Assembly (NCBI GenBank): GCA_043228905.1 | Contig: JBHGNT010000006.1 | Coordinates: 11,222,001-11,286,000 of the forward strand | Reading direction: 5' to 3' | Origin: Azolla caroliniana | Lineage: Eukaryota; Plantae; Polypodiophyta | DNA length: 64,000 nucleotides | Part shown: in pieces, positions 39,181-52,123 of the stretch | Layout of the letters: every line of letters begins with the position of its first letter | Numbering within the stretch: the first letter of the stretch is position 1 | The notes under the pieces: generated by a model | Database searches by the model: none | The model's input: only the letters and a program-made list of their open reading frames with translations | What the model was told of the DNA's origin: nothing | Translations under genes and position numbers: made by a program

Positions 39181-42100
39181 CTAAATTTCACTCCATATCT
39201 CTTGTAGTAACCTTGTTGGATGGGTGGTTTGGTTGGAGAAGACTCGCCTACATCGTTGTTTCCACAGAATCCAAAGGGTTATTGGGTTGACCAATTCCAA
39301 CACCTCTTGAGATTTGTCATTAACAGGAAAATAGTGGACATTGCCGCTGGAGGAGAAAAGAACCTCTTGTGCTTTTATCACCAAAGTCATCCCCTCCTCC
39401 TGATGCTCGTATCGGCCAATTGCAGCCTGCCATGATAGCCAACATATATTTCCCCACTTGATTGAACCTTGCACCTGGCATAATTGCAACAAGCGGCCAA
39501 CCCCTCGCCATATTCTATGGGATGTTGGGCAGTCCCACAGAGCGTGTCGTATGGATTCTACTGCATGTGGGCACTCTACACAATTAGGAGAGCTAAGGTT
39601 CCCACGTTGCCATGCTCCCACCAGTAGGGACTTATGTATTAACAGCCATTGGAAAGTGGTAATTCGCCTCGCGTGTTGTTGCTTCCAGATTTTCTGCCAA
39701 AACTTGGTGATTATTGCAGAGGGAACTTGAAATGTGTGCCAGACCTTCACAGCAGCTAGTTCTCGGGCAACTTGAGCAGCTAGAATGTGGCGACCCAATC
39801 TAGTTGTGAATTGGAAGAAAGGGATGGGTTTGCTTCCTTGCCCCGCGTAGGGATCACGCCATGTCCATTGCAAAGGGTCCCAACTGACCTTACGTAGCCA
39901 TGTGTTTTCATGAGTACATATATGCCAATCGGGTTGTACTTTGATCGGATCAGGATCTACAATCCATTTATGACCAGTGTACGCGAGTACTCGAATGGCG
40001 TTATTTTGTGTGGGTGTCTCAGTGTCTCGCAATTCATGGCCTTCGAGCCTGTTTGGTGATCCCCTACCTCTCGGGATCAGAGAGCCCTCCTCCTCGTGGC
40101 CTATCCATTTCTCCATTGTCATCCTTTGAGTAGCAGATTCCCTAATCAGTAGCGTGTTAATGATTTCCGATCTCATAGTCCATCCGCCCTTGATTCCATG
40201 GAGCATGTTCGCTTGATCTTGTAGTGGCATTGACATAAACCGTCGCCAACATTCTATACTTTTTCCTGGACCTTCTGCAATGTATCCCCATGACAACCCC
40301 TTACGTGATCTTAGTAGTTGATTAGATTCATCCTTGAGACATGGGTTCCATAGGATACGTTGACTGAGCCAGGCAGGTTCGGATCTCGGTTGATCACACT
40401 AGAGCCCTCGACGAATGTCACACCATGCCTTGCACATGGATGCATTGAATCTGTCCTCCAAATGGTGGGAGAAACTAGGTTTGAGATCCATGTTTAGAAT
40501 CCATCCCGTTTGGGGGGCCCAATTGACCCCTTTTCGTGGCCTAAAGTAAGCGAAACGTAACCTCAATAGCATTTTCCAACAATCATTTCCTAGTTGGAGT
40601 CCTCACACCACAAATTTGGCAAGTAAGGCTTTCGATTGTGAAAGGGGATCAATAAGACCCAATCCCCCTCTCGACTTAGGCGTTGTGAGTATAGGCCACG
40701 CCACCTTGGCGCGAGCTACATGGTCTTCCTTACCAGATCAAATGTAGTTGCAGACTAGTCGTTGAATCTGATGTATACTTTCCTTGGAGATTGTCCAACA
40801 TGATAGACTGTACCATGTTGTTGCGAGGAGTACTTGATTTGCCACTATGATGCGACCTGCTAGCGACAATTTTTTAGAGCTCCAATGTATCAACTTTTGT
40901 CGAATGGAAAGGATAACGGGTGCAATCATAGTCTCCGGCGGTATGTTGAAGCCAATTTGGAAGCCCAAATATTTGGTGCTCGCTCCTTGATTGATCCACT
41001 TGAAAGCGGGGTGTGGGTGCCACGCCGGATGTGTTTCATGAGAGAGCCATATTGCACAGGATTTGTGCCAATTGATCATGGCGTTGGATCACTTGCAAAA
41101 TAAAACTAGCCCACTTTCTAGCTTTTGGAGGTTTTCCAGGTCCCCTTGCAGGTAGACTGCTATGTCATCTGCAAATTCTATATCCAGGATGCTTTGGTAA
41201 GAATGAGGTATGGGAAGACCACGTAGGTTGATATGCCGCGAGTTGAGAAAGCAAGAGAGTGCTTCGGCGTATAATAGAAATAAGGATGGAGCTAGTGGGC
41301 ATCCCTGCCGTACAGAGCGGGATATTCGGAAAAAGGGGCCCCTTTCACCTGCCAGAAAAACGCAACTGCTGCCATTCCTATAAAATCCTGCAATGCCTTT
41401 GATCCATGTCTCTTGAAAGCCGAGTTTCCTCATCACACTTTCTAGAAAGTTCCAACATACCCTGTCATAGGCTTTCTCAAAATCTAGTAGCACCACCGCT
41501 ACCTTCTTGTTGGTCTGCTTGGCAAGGGCTACTGCTTCCCAAAATGAGAAGAGGTTGTCTAGGATGCTCCGATTTCTAACGAAACCTGTCTATGACGGAT
41601 GAATGAGTTGAGGGAGAAGTGGAGTTAAACGGCGTGCCACGATTTTTGCGAGCAACTTATAGACAATATTGAGAAGAGTAATGGGTCACCACTTGTGAAT
41701 GTCGTTGGCATTCCCACCACTTTTAGGAATGAGATGTATCATCCCCTGTCCAAATTCCTCCGACATGCTTCCAGAGCTGATGATCTCCTCATATGCCTGG
41801 AGGAGGTCTTCTTTAATAGTGCCCCAAAGGCATGTGAAAAAGTGCGGGGTGAGACCGTCAATTCCGGGGCAGCTCTCGGCATCTAAATCAGTGAGGGCCT
41901 CCCATATCTCAATGATTGATAGGGGACGCACAAGCCAGGTATTCATTTCCGGTGTGACTTTCTCGGGTATGCTTTGGAGGATAATATCATCGCTTATGTC
42001 TTCCCTTGTAGCTATCATGTCTTCGGTAAGTAGGCGGCTATAATACCTTGTGGCAATATTCCTCATTTCGTCGCCATCCTCAATGGTTGTTCCATCCTCT

Positions 42101-43317
42101 TGGTTGAGGCTGCGCATCACAGTTCTAGCGTGCCTCGGGCCTTTGGAGCGGAAGAATTCCTTTGTGGTTTTGTCCCCTACTCGAATCCATCGCGCCATGC
42201 TGCCATGAAACTCCATGTCATATATTGCCTTTTCTGCCATGCTAAGTTCCTGTTTGGCCGTGGCGACTTGTCCTGCAATCCAACTACAGGATGGGTATCT
42301 CTGTTGGAGTCGTTGTAAGGCTACTAGTCCCCGTTTTGTCCTCTGTCGCTTCTCCTGAGCATCCTTGCGTCTAGTCTTGACAATCTCATGTAGGAGAGTA
42401 GAGGCTCTTGTTAATTTAGCTAAAAGTTTGTCCGATGTTGATGAGCCATTGACGGGTAATGACCATTGGTTGGATAGTTGGTCCTTCACATCTATAAGTG
42501 TGTAAATAGTGTGTGGGATGCGAGTCTGGAATGGGCCCCATTTTCGGTGCAATTGAAAATGACCAGCTACCGGGTAATGGTCAGAGAAAGTCGTGCCTGG
42601 AGTTATGCGACACCACCCTCCCTTCGCTTCTAAAGCGTCCCCCACATAAATGCGGTCAATGCGAGATAGGGTGGGTCCACTATTCCGCCCGTCTGATCGG
42701 GAGAATAGGAGAGAGTCCCTTTTCCGTTGGAAGTTGGCAGAATGCCAGATGTCTCGCAGGTTAAGGTGGACACATAGCTTCTCCCATTGTTTGCGTTCCC
42801 TTCCTTGTAGAACTATGGGGTTGTTGTTGGAGCTATCATGAATGGATTCGATCATATTAAAATCCCCTCCAATGCACCACTCTTCTGCACCCACTACTTG
42901 TAGGCGGATGCGGTCCCAGAATGTTGCTCTTTCTGTTCTGTTATTTGGAGCATAAACATTCATGAAGTTCCATCGTTGCCCTTGGATGGTCAACGTGCAA
43001 AAATGTGCCCTACCAGGTATAAGTGATTCTTGGTGTATTAAGCCTTGGGCTAGATGTTCCCAAATCAAAGTGCAAATACCACCATGATTTCCATCCTCCC
43101 CAATTGCTGGCTCCCAAATCGTTCGCCATGATCTTGGTAGAAGGTCTTCGACTTCCTTTAACTGTGTGCTATCGAGGTGGTGTTCCTGCAACATGATGAT
43201 GTCAGCACCACTCCCTAGTAAATGTTCTTCAAGATCCCTTCTCAGTTTCCATCAATTTTGTTGGTCTAGTCTACTTCTGAGTCCTTGCACGTTCCATGTT
43301 ATAATCTTCATACTCAT
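39181..43317 (-). pseudogene. LINE ORF2 (APE endonuclease, RT, zf-RVT) with premature stops
   Basis: MKIITWNVQGL, LQEHH, NVYAPN, IGGDFN, SRIDRIY, SDHYP; LLDFEKAYDRV, VRQGCPLAP, FADD, KYLG; CVEC..ESIRHALWDC. Confidence 0.93.
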
Positions 43318-44325
43318 GGAATGGGGTGGGAGGTTGCCAGTTGTGCCTGGTGCTTTGTACAACAGGTCGTGAGTGGGGAGCACTCACCATTTAGACATCC
43401 AATCATTTCCAGGGATGGAATAGTGGTCCACATCCATGAGTGGAGTTTGTGGGCTATCTTGTGGGCTTCAATCGACCCTTCATGCTTCTCATAGAAATAG
43501 ACAAAGCTTGGTGTTAGTTGGGTGTTTATGATAGTCCGTAGGTGGATGTAGCAAAGATGGGGGTCCTCTTCATCCATGGTGCACCAGAATTCAGTGTTAT
43601 GCCAATGTTGCTTTAGTTCATTCATGAGCTCTTCATCTCTTATTTGTGCTACAAAGCACACTGCTTGGCTACATAACATATCTTTAATCTTGGATTTCGA
43701 CCAATCTTCCTGAGTCGGAAGCAAGAGTGGAAAGGAGATTGAGGTCGTCGGAACTCCATTATTGTGCACCGCTGATACATGTACCCTTATTTTTTCCACT
43801 GCCTTGAGCCCTATACCTAGCCATTTCAAGGCGTTTTGTGGGTGTGGTTCAAGGTCTTGGCTAGAGGAAGCACAGTCATTTGTGTCCGGGACGACTATGA
43901 TTTGATACATGTACCCTTATTTTTTCCACTGCCTTGAGCCCTATACCTAGCCATTTCAAGGCGTTTTGTGGGTGTGGTTCAAGGTCTTGGCTAGAGGAAG
44001 CACACTCATTTGTGTCCGGGACGACTATGATTTGAGGCGTGACATTCACACTTCTGCCTTGGGTTGTTGCTTTTGCATTGGGTGTCGTTCCACTCAAGCT
44101 CCTTATTAGGGTCTTTACATGACTTATTCGTCTGCGTTTCCCTGTTTTGTAAGCTTTAACGAGAACTTTCTCTTGGGTGCTTGGTGTCACCTTAGGTCGT
44201 TCCTTGGGGCTTACGAAAGAACTAGGGGAATGCTCATCTGTGGGGGGGAGCTCTTGTAGTAGATCAAAGCGATTGGGGCTCATAGGCGATGGAAGATTTT
44301 GTGCCGGTGATGTTTTTCGAAGGAC
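43314..44325 (-). pseudogene. LINE ORF1 C-terminal remnant with an internal ~130 bp duplication
   Basis: ORFs 43876..44337 and 43314..43910 share the duplicated QIIVVPDTN...EKIRVHVS; its stop overlaps the ORF2 start (ATGA). Confidence 0.7.
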
Positions 44326-44499
44326 AATATCCCCCAAAACATAGGGTTTGTTAATAGTTTTTCAAGCTAGATTTTCTTGAAACAAAACAACAAGAGGTAA
44401 TATTTGCACAATGAAAGTTTATCTAGAGGAACATATATTCTCAAGACCAATATTGAATTGCTTAACTATAAAGAATATAAAATTTGGATAAATATGTGG

Positions 44500-44700
44500 T
44501 TTCTCGAATGACTACCACCTTCATCATGAACACATAGTGATGTGTCTTTTGCCGAGTTGATTGGCGGAGCTTCTCGTTTGCCGATTCGAGGGACCTTCTC
44601 AACTCATGGTGTTTGCATGATGTGTACACCGAACTAGTTGATGATCGATCTGGCCGTGTTTTCCAAATCGATATTGTTGAAGGCCATGTTCCCATTCCAC
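44500..44700 (-). pseudogene. Small copia integrase-RT spacer remnant
   Basis: SANEKLRQSTRQK..HYVFMMKV matches the spacer motif in ORFs 60638..61012 and 55549..58026. Confidence 0.6.
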
Positions 44701-44804
44701 ATCTACAAACGCTACTTGTAATCTTAGATTCAAGAATACCAACATGTTCCTTAGTGAAGTTCGAGTAGATAATTCCACTTACCTCAACAGATTTTGACCC
44801 TAGG

Positions 44805-45677
44805 TGTTAGAGCTAGATCCTAATGTAAGAATATGATAAGGAAATAATAGATAAAAAGATAAGAGCGAGAGAAAGAAGGTTTCCGATCCACCCCACCACC
44901 CCCCAACGAAGGGATCGATATGGACTTGAGCCTCGATCGGCGTCCCATACCACCATTGTGGCATCGAGTCGTACTTGCTACTAGTGCACTCACTTATAAG
45001 AGTTTGATCACCACTTAAGCAGAGTCTCGATGTACATGAATGGTGTGTCAAATGAGGGTAGCTAGGTGTTAATCGGCTAATAATCGGCTAATTACTAACT
45101 ACTACCGATACAGAAGAGTGAACGTCGCTACTCAACGTTCTAACAAGGAATTGTGTTTTACGAACGGATTTATACTATATTAATCGGTAATTACCGTGAT
45201 CGTTACTTAGTTATAAATTAGGAAGCTTGCACTTAAGATCATAGACAATAGAAGGAACACAGAATCCGTACAAGATATTCCTAACTTAAACTTATATTAC
45301 TAAATAAAACGACCTTTCTTACAATGCCTTCGGTTCCCTTTTATAGGTATACCGAAGGTCTTTTCTCATCAAGAACTATTCCTACTTACTATCAAGATTT
45401 ACAAAATTATCTAACTAACTTAGTTCTCTTCGTTTACTGCTGAGTCATTGATCCGAACAGTCGATCCGAACCGACTCTATTTTCGACGCTTTCCCACTTG
45501 TTCGGTAAAACTGACTGTCCGGGTCCGGGTAACACTAGGCCTCATATTTATAGCTAGACCTAAGGCCCCCAAGCAAGTTCACGCTTGACCTTAATGGGTT
45601 GTCTCAATCCCAAGGATTAAAAGTAATCCTTCCCTTCTTTACACTCTCATTTAACCCTCACACAAGTTTATCCACAT
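44805..45677 (-). mobile_element. Chromovirus-family LTR (44805-45066 plus 45535-45677), interrupted twice
   Basis: Similar to solo LTR 21424-21878; cut at 45677 by another LTR. Confidence 0.85.
45067..45534. mobile_element. Solo LTR of another family
   Basis: TGTTA..TAACA termini with 5-bp TSD CTAGG on both sides. Confidence 0.85.
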
Positions 45678-45760
45678 TGTCGTGAAGGATTCCGGCCATA
45701 AGAGGAAAGGGGAGCCGGATGCATGTGAATGGGTGTGTGTAAGGATGCACATGAACGAGG

Positions 45761-45820
<60 letters not shown>

Positions 45821-46377
45821 AACAAATGTAAATATCGAAATATAATAAGTACTAGGCTGTATGATTTAGATGGGTAGTTTAAGGTCCCACAAAAAGAGAG
45901 AATGAAACGTGTGTAGGGAGGAAAACGAGGGGAAGAATCACTGACAGAATCGGATGTCTTAAACGGCTCATGTAACACCGATTCTCCTCTACTTGGATCT
46001 ATAAAAGGAGAGGAGAGAGAATGTTAGAGGGATCCATCGTTTTGGAAACAGAAGCGTTGTCGGTTTCTGCAGTCTACAAGTTTTCTATTTCGGTTTTCTT
46101 TTGTGTTTCTGTGATAGTGAGACCTCTGTTTCGTGCTGGAAGACTGTGTGCTCTCGATTAGAGGTTCACTAGAGTCTAGGGTGTGTGTGTCGATAGCATG
46201 AAGCTCTGTCATCGGCCCTGTCCGGTTGTACTTCCTGTTGATTAATTCATTTCAATTGTTGTATTCGGTTCTTCTCTTTGTGTGTTGAGTTCGCGTTCTC
46301 TTTTCCTGTTTTTGTCCAACTCACGCATTTATATGAGTTCTCGAGCCCGTGTGCTCATTACCCGGTATCAGGCGACA
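45678..46377 (+). mobile_element. LTR-like sequence (TGTCG..CGACA) containing (TA)n
   Basis: Starts TGTCGTGAA like the LTR at 708; TATA-like CTATAAAAG near 46000; right boundary uncertain and no TSD seen. Confidence 0.55.
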
Positions 46378-46591
46378 GGTCTGGTTAGATTACGTGCCCG
46401 AGACCATGTGCCAACGAGGATATCCGGAAACCGATCCTGACTAACACTTCTACCCCTCTCGTTCTCTTTACTGTCTCCTTCGTTCAAGATCCCAGTGGTC
46501 CCCCCGGAATGCCGAGCATCCACACGGAAGTGCTTGAGGTTCAAGCCGACTATCAGAATTGGTCGGAGTTCGAGGGTTCCTAAGAACAAGG

Positions 46592-49500
46592 TGTTAGGAA
46601 ACAGGTCCCTCCGGATGGGAAGTGAAAAGAACAGTGATGATGAGCAAACTCGGCTGAGGCCGAAACCGGATGTGGTGGACCCGGTACCGGAAGACCAGTG
46701 AGAGCCGGATGATGAGTACCCGGCAAGAGCTGGATGGTGAAGACCCGGTGAGAACCGGATGTGGAGTACCCGGCTACGGAAGACCCGGTGAGAACTGAAT
46801 GACGTGTGCCTGGCAAGCGCCAGATGATGCAGGCCCGGTGAGGAGTGCTCACCGGATGAAGGGACATATTCGTAAATATGTTTCTGAGAGTCCATCGGGG
46901 GCTATATTTGTAAATAGCCGAAAAGTCATATTAGTATAAATATGACTTAGGGCAAACTTAGTACAGTGTGTTGTCATTGTCGTTGTTGCGATTGTGAGAG
47001 AGCAACTGTGTACAGAGAGAGAGAGAGAGAGTGAGCTCGAGACATAGAGAGGTCGTTGCCTTTGTTGTAACCGCCGCCTGTGGCGAAGATCGTGAGCACG
47101 AGGTCGTTGCCTCCATGAGCTCACTGTTGTAATCATTGTGATATAGTGATAGTTTGGAGTCTGTGGAATCCTGTGGTTTTTTCCCTTTAGGGTTTTCCAC
47201 GTTAATATCCTGCGTATTCTCTTTTCTTTCTGTTTTGTGCACTTACCTCCATTTCCCATTTTTCTGTGTTCGACCGTACAAAGTGATTTACTCTTTGGTT
47301 GTTTCTGGAGACCATTCTGCATACTCCTCGACAAAGTGGTATCAGAGCGAACCGACATAGAACAATGGATGATTCGTTGGGCGGCATGTTCAAGCTCACC
47401 GGCTCCAACTATTCAGTGTGGAAGTCAAAGATGAGGGACATGCTCGTGGTTAAAGATCTTTGGTTGCCGGTTCAGTTCGGGGACAAGAGACCGGACAAAA
47501 TCGATGCCACGATATGGGAGGTGATGCACATGAAGACAACGACGTACATACGGTGCTTCATTGACATGAGCCTATACAACAACTTCAATGAAGAGAGCAA
47601 GGCTCATGAGCTCTGGGAGAAGATCGACATTATGTTTCAGAACAAAAATGCTGTTAACCAGGTTTTGGTATTCCAGAAGCTAGTAAGACTCCGGTACCAA
47701 GATGGCTCCAGCATGGCGGAGCACATGAATGCCTTCCAGGGGCCGATACACCAGGCAACATCATTGGAAGTACCTCTCTCCGATGACGTACAAGTGCTAC
47801 TCCTGCTCGGTTCCCTCCCGGATAGCTGGGAGACGTTGATTGTCACTTTGGGCAACGCCGGGCTGGAAGGGAAACGGTTATCCCTAGCAAGAGTGAAGTC
47901 GAGCTTGCTAAATGAGGAGGCGCATCGGAAAGATGAGGATACGAGCTCCGACTCCAAAGCGCTCCTTACCGAATCGGAACGCAGAAGACAAAGGAACCGT
48001 AGTCCCCAGAACCAGGAGAAGTTGGGGACACGGTCAAAGTCAAGGGGGAGGCCTACTTGCTTCTATTGCGGCAAGCCAGGACACTTCCAGAAGAACTGTC
48101 AGCACTTCCAAAAAGACAAGGAAACCGATGGTACCGATTCGAAGCGGACACCGGACCGGAACAATAAAGACCGGAGGGGGATGGATCGGAAGGGAATGAC
48201 GGCAATCGCGGCAAGTGAAGAAGAGTTGATGCTCATCACCGAGGAGAGTGAGTTGAACCTTGCCGGCAACGAGACAACGTGGGTTGTTGATTCCGGAGCG
48301 TCGTTCCACCTTACCCCGGACCAGAAATGCTTCTCATCCTACTCAGCCGGTGATCACGGCTGTGTCCGGATGGGGAATGAAGGTACATGCCGAATTGTCG
48401 GCATAGGAGACGTGTGATTGACAACACCAACTGGATGCAAGCTACTGCTGAAGGATGTCCGACACGTTCCAGAGGTTCGTCTGAACCTGATATCAGCCGA
48501 TCGGCTAGATGATGAAGGCTACACAGGTAGCATCCGAAACGGGGTTATGAAGTTCAGCAAAGGGAGCCTGATTGTGGCTCGGGCCCGTAAGGTCAACACG
48601 CTGTACCTAATGAATGCCCGGTTATGTCCGGAGGAAGTGAACGTGGCATACGACACTGCCGGTGAGCTGTGGCACAAAAGGCTATGTCACATGAGCGAGA
48701 AGGGGATGAAGAGGCTTGCAGATGACAACCTCATTCCAGTGAAGAACGTGCACTTGGAGAAGTGCACTGATTGTCTGGCTGGTAAACAAAACCAGACCTC
48801 CTTTCGATCGAGGCCACTGATGAGACGTAATGCGCCACTAGAGTTGGTGCATACTGATGTGTGTCATGTGGACACGAAGTCACATGCAGGATCGCAGTAC
48901 TTCGTGACGTTCATAGATGACCACAGCCGGAAGCTGTGGGCCACACCGTTGAAGACGAAGGATCAGGTGTTATCCGTCTTCAAAGAGCTCCACGAGAGAG
49001 TGGAAAGAGAAACCGGCCGGAAGCTGAAGGCGGTTCGAGTAGATAACGGAGGAGAATATTCGGGGCAGTTCGAGGAGTATTGCCACTCGGAGGGAATCCG
49101 GCTCGAATTTACTGTGCCGAAGACGCCGGAACTAAACGGGCTGGCCGAGAGGATGAACTGGACCATAATGCAGAGGGTCCGGAGTATGCTGGCGCATGCA
49201 AAACTACCCAAGAAGTTTTGGGCTGAGGCACTATCGACGGCGACATATGTGATAAACAGATCACCCTCAGTACCCTTGGACGGAGACACGCCACACAGAG
49301 TCTGGACCGGTAAGGAAGTGTCCTACCGGCATCTGAAGGTATTCGGGTGTCTTGCGTACGTGCATGTTGCTAAGGACTGGAGAGGAAAGTTGGATCCAAA
49401 TGCCCGACCATGCATATTCCTCGGTTACGGCGACGATGAGTTCGGTTACCGAGTGTGGGACCCGGTTGACAAGAAGGCTTTCCGGAGTCGAGATATTATC

Positions 49501-52123
49501 TTCATTGAGGACAAGATGCTCGCCAACTGGGAGTTGGAGAAGAAGATAATGAACTTTGAGTCGACCGGTAAGGATCGATTCTACGATGAGCAGTCCCAAC
49601 CGGCAAGAGACCGGTTAACATTCGAGGAACCAGCCGGTTACGGTGAGGATACCGAACTGGCAGAAGAAGAAGTAGAGGAAGTTGAAACCGGAACCAGCCA
49701 AGACCCCGAATCAGATTTGGATGAAGAGCAAATGGAGGAGCCGGTTACCGAGGCCCAAAGTCGGAGATATCCTCTCAGAGAGAGAAGGTCCCCCCGAAGA
49801 TTCCCAGATGCAGAGCATGTGTTGCTAACCGATGAGGGGGAGCCAGAAAGCTTCAAGGAAGCTATAAGTGACGCCCACAACCGCAAATGGTTAAGTGCCA
49901 TGCAGGATGAGATGGATTCCCTGCATGAGAAACCATACGTACGAATTGGTGGAGTTGCCGAAAGGAAAGCAGGCATTCTGAAACAAGTGGGTGTACAAGT
50001 TGAAACCGGGAGATGCCGGCAACCCCCCGAGATACAAATCCAGGATCGTGGTGAAGGGGTTCCAACAGAAGAAGGGCGTGGACTTCGACGAGATATTTGC
50101 CCTGGTAGTAAAGATGACCTCCATCTGGATGGTGCTGAGTATAGCGACAAGCATGGAACTCGAGGTAGAGCAGCTGGACATGAAGACGACATTCCTTCAC
50201 GGTGACCTCGAAGAGAAAATCTACATGCAGCAACCGGAAGGATTCGTGGAGAAAGGGAAGGAGCACCTGGTTTGTCGGTTGAATAAGAGCTTGTACGGAC
50301 TGAAGCAGGCTCCCCGACAATGGTACCGGAAGTTCGACTCCTTCATGACCGATCAGGGGTACCACAAGACGAAGGCGATCACTGCGTGTTTGTGAAGAAG
50401 TTTGAAGGAGGCGACTTCTTGATACTCCTTCTGTACGTGGACGACATGTTGATCGTCGGACGGGACCAAGCCAAAATACGGATGCTGAAGAAGGCTCTCA
50501 ACCGTACCTTCTCAATGAAAGACTTGGGTCCGGCAAGACAGATGCGGGGGATGCATATTATCTGGGACCGGTCAATGAAGCAATTGTGGCTGTCACAGGA
50601 GAAGTACGTGACAAAGGTGCTGCAGCGGTTCAACATGTCAGACGTGAAACCGGTCGGATCGACACTTCCGGCAAACTGCAGGTTATCCGGTAAGCAAAGC
50701 CCGAAGACGAAAGCAGAGAAGACGGATATGATGAAGGTTCCATATGCCTTTGCTGTCGGGAGCTTAATGTATGCAATGGTGTGTACTCGACCGAATATTG
50801 GATACGCAGTTGGAGTGGTGAGCCGGTTCATGAGCAATCCTGACAAGGAGCACTGGAACGCGGTCAAATGGATACTCCGGTACTTGAAGGGCACCTTGAA
50901 TATGTGCCTCCGATTCGGCTCTGGTAAACCTCAACTTGACGGTTTTACCGATTCGGACATGTCGGCTGATGTGAATACCAGCCGGTCTACATCCGGGTAT
51001 GTAATGACATATGCAGGGGGAGCTGTTTCGTGGTAGTCGAGGCTGCAGAAGACGGTTGCGTTGTCAACCACGGAGGCGGAGTACTTGGCAGCTGTGGAAG
51101 CCGGCAAGGAAATACTATGGATGAAGGACTTCATCAGAGAGCTCTGTATCTGGCAAGATGAATACCGGCTCTATTGCGATAGTCAAAGTGTCATCCACCT
51201 TGCTAAGAACGTAGCATACCACTCCAGGACGAAGCACATCCAACGTAGGTATCACTCGATCCGGGAGCGAGTAGAAGATCGAGAGTTCGCGTTGATGAAG
51301 ATCCACACTGCCGAGAACGGGTCAGATATGCTGACTAAAGTACTGATACCTGACAAGCTGGATGCATGTCGGAAGCGGATCGGACTAGTAAGACATCCCA
51401 TGCCGGAGTGAAGGGGGAGTTTGTTACGAAACAGATCCCTCCGGATGGGAAGTGAAAAGAACAATGATGATGAGCAAACTCGGCCGAGGCCGAAACCGGA
51501 TGTGGTGGACCCGGCAACGGAAGACCCGGTGAGAGCCGGATGACGAGTACCTGGCAAGAGCCGGATGGTGAAGACCCGGTGAGAACCGGATGACTTGTGC
51601 CTGACAAGCGCCGGATGATGCAGGCCCGGTGAGGAGTGCTCACTGGATGAAGGGACATATTCGTAAATATGTTTCTGAGAGTCCATCGGGGGCTATATTT
51701 GTAAATAGCCGAAAAGTCATATTAGTATAAATATGACTTAGGGCAAACTTAGTACAGTGTGTTGTCATTGTCGTTGTTGCGATTGTGAGAGAGCAACTGT
51801 GTACAGAGAGAGAGAGAGAGAGTGAGCTCGAGACATAGAGAGGTCGTTGCCTCTATTGTAACCGCCCCCTGTGGCGAAGATCGTGAGCACGAGGTCGTTG
51901 CCTCCATGAGCTCACTGTTGTAATCATTGTGATATAGTGATAGTTTGGAGTCTGTGGACTCCCGTGGTTTTTCCCTTCAGGGTTTTCCACGTTAATATCC
52001 TGCGTATTCTCTTTTCTTTCTGTTTTGTGTACTTACCTCCATTTCCCATTTTTCTGTGTTCGACCGTACAAAGTGATTTACTCTTTGGTTGTTGCCGGAG
52101 AACATTCCGCGTACTCCTCGACA
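46592..52123 (+). mobile_element. Near-complete Ty1/copia element (Tnt1/Tork-like)
   Basis: LTRs 46592-47333 and 51422-52123 with internal ~40 bp subrepeats; PBS-Met 47337-47348; PPT GAAGGGGGAG at 51410; flanks CAAGG and GTTCT do not match. Confidence 0.95.
47365..51411 (+). pseudogene. Copia gag-pol polyprotein with stops and frameshifts
   Basis: CFYCGKPGHFQKNC; WVVDSGASFH; LWHKRLCH..CTDC; VRVDNGGEY, NGLAERMN; LYGLKQAPRQW, LLYVDDML; STTEAEY, RTKHI, SDMLTK. Confidence 0.93.

Larger units (their letters stand above)
38950..44325 (-). mobile_element. 5'-truncated L1-clade LINE
   Basis: 17-bp TSD AATATCCCCCAAAACAT at 38933-38949 and 44326-44342; (AAAAT)n tail at 38950-38972; ORF1 remnant and ORF2. 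Confidence 0.95.
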
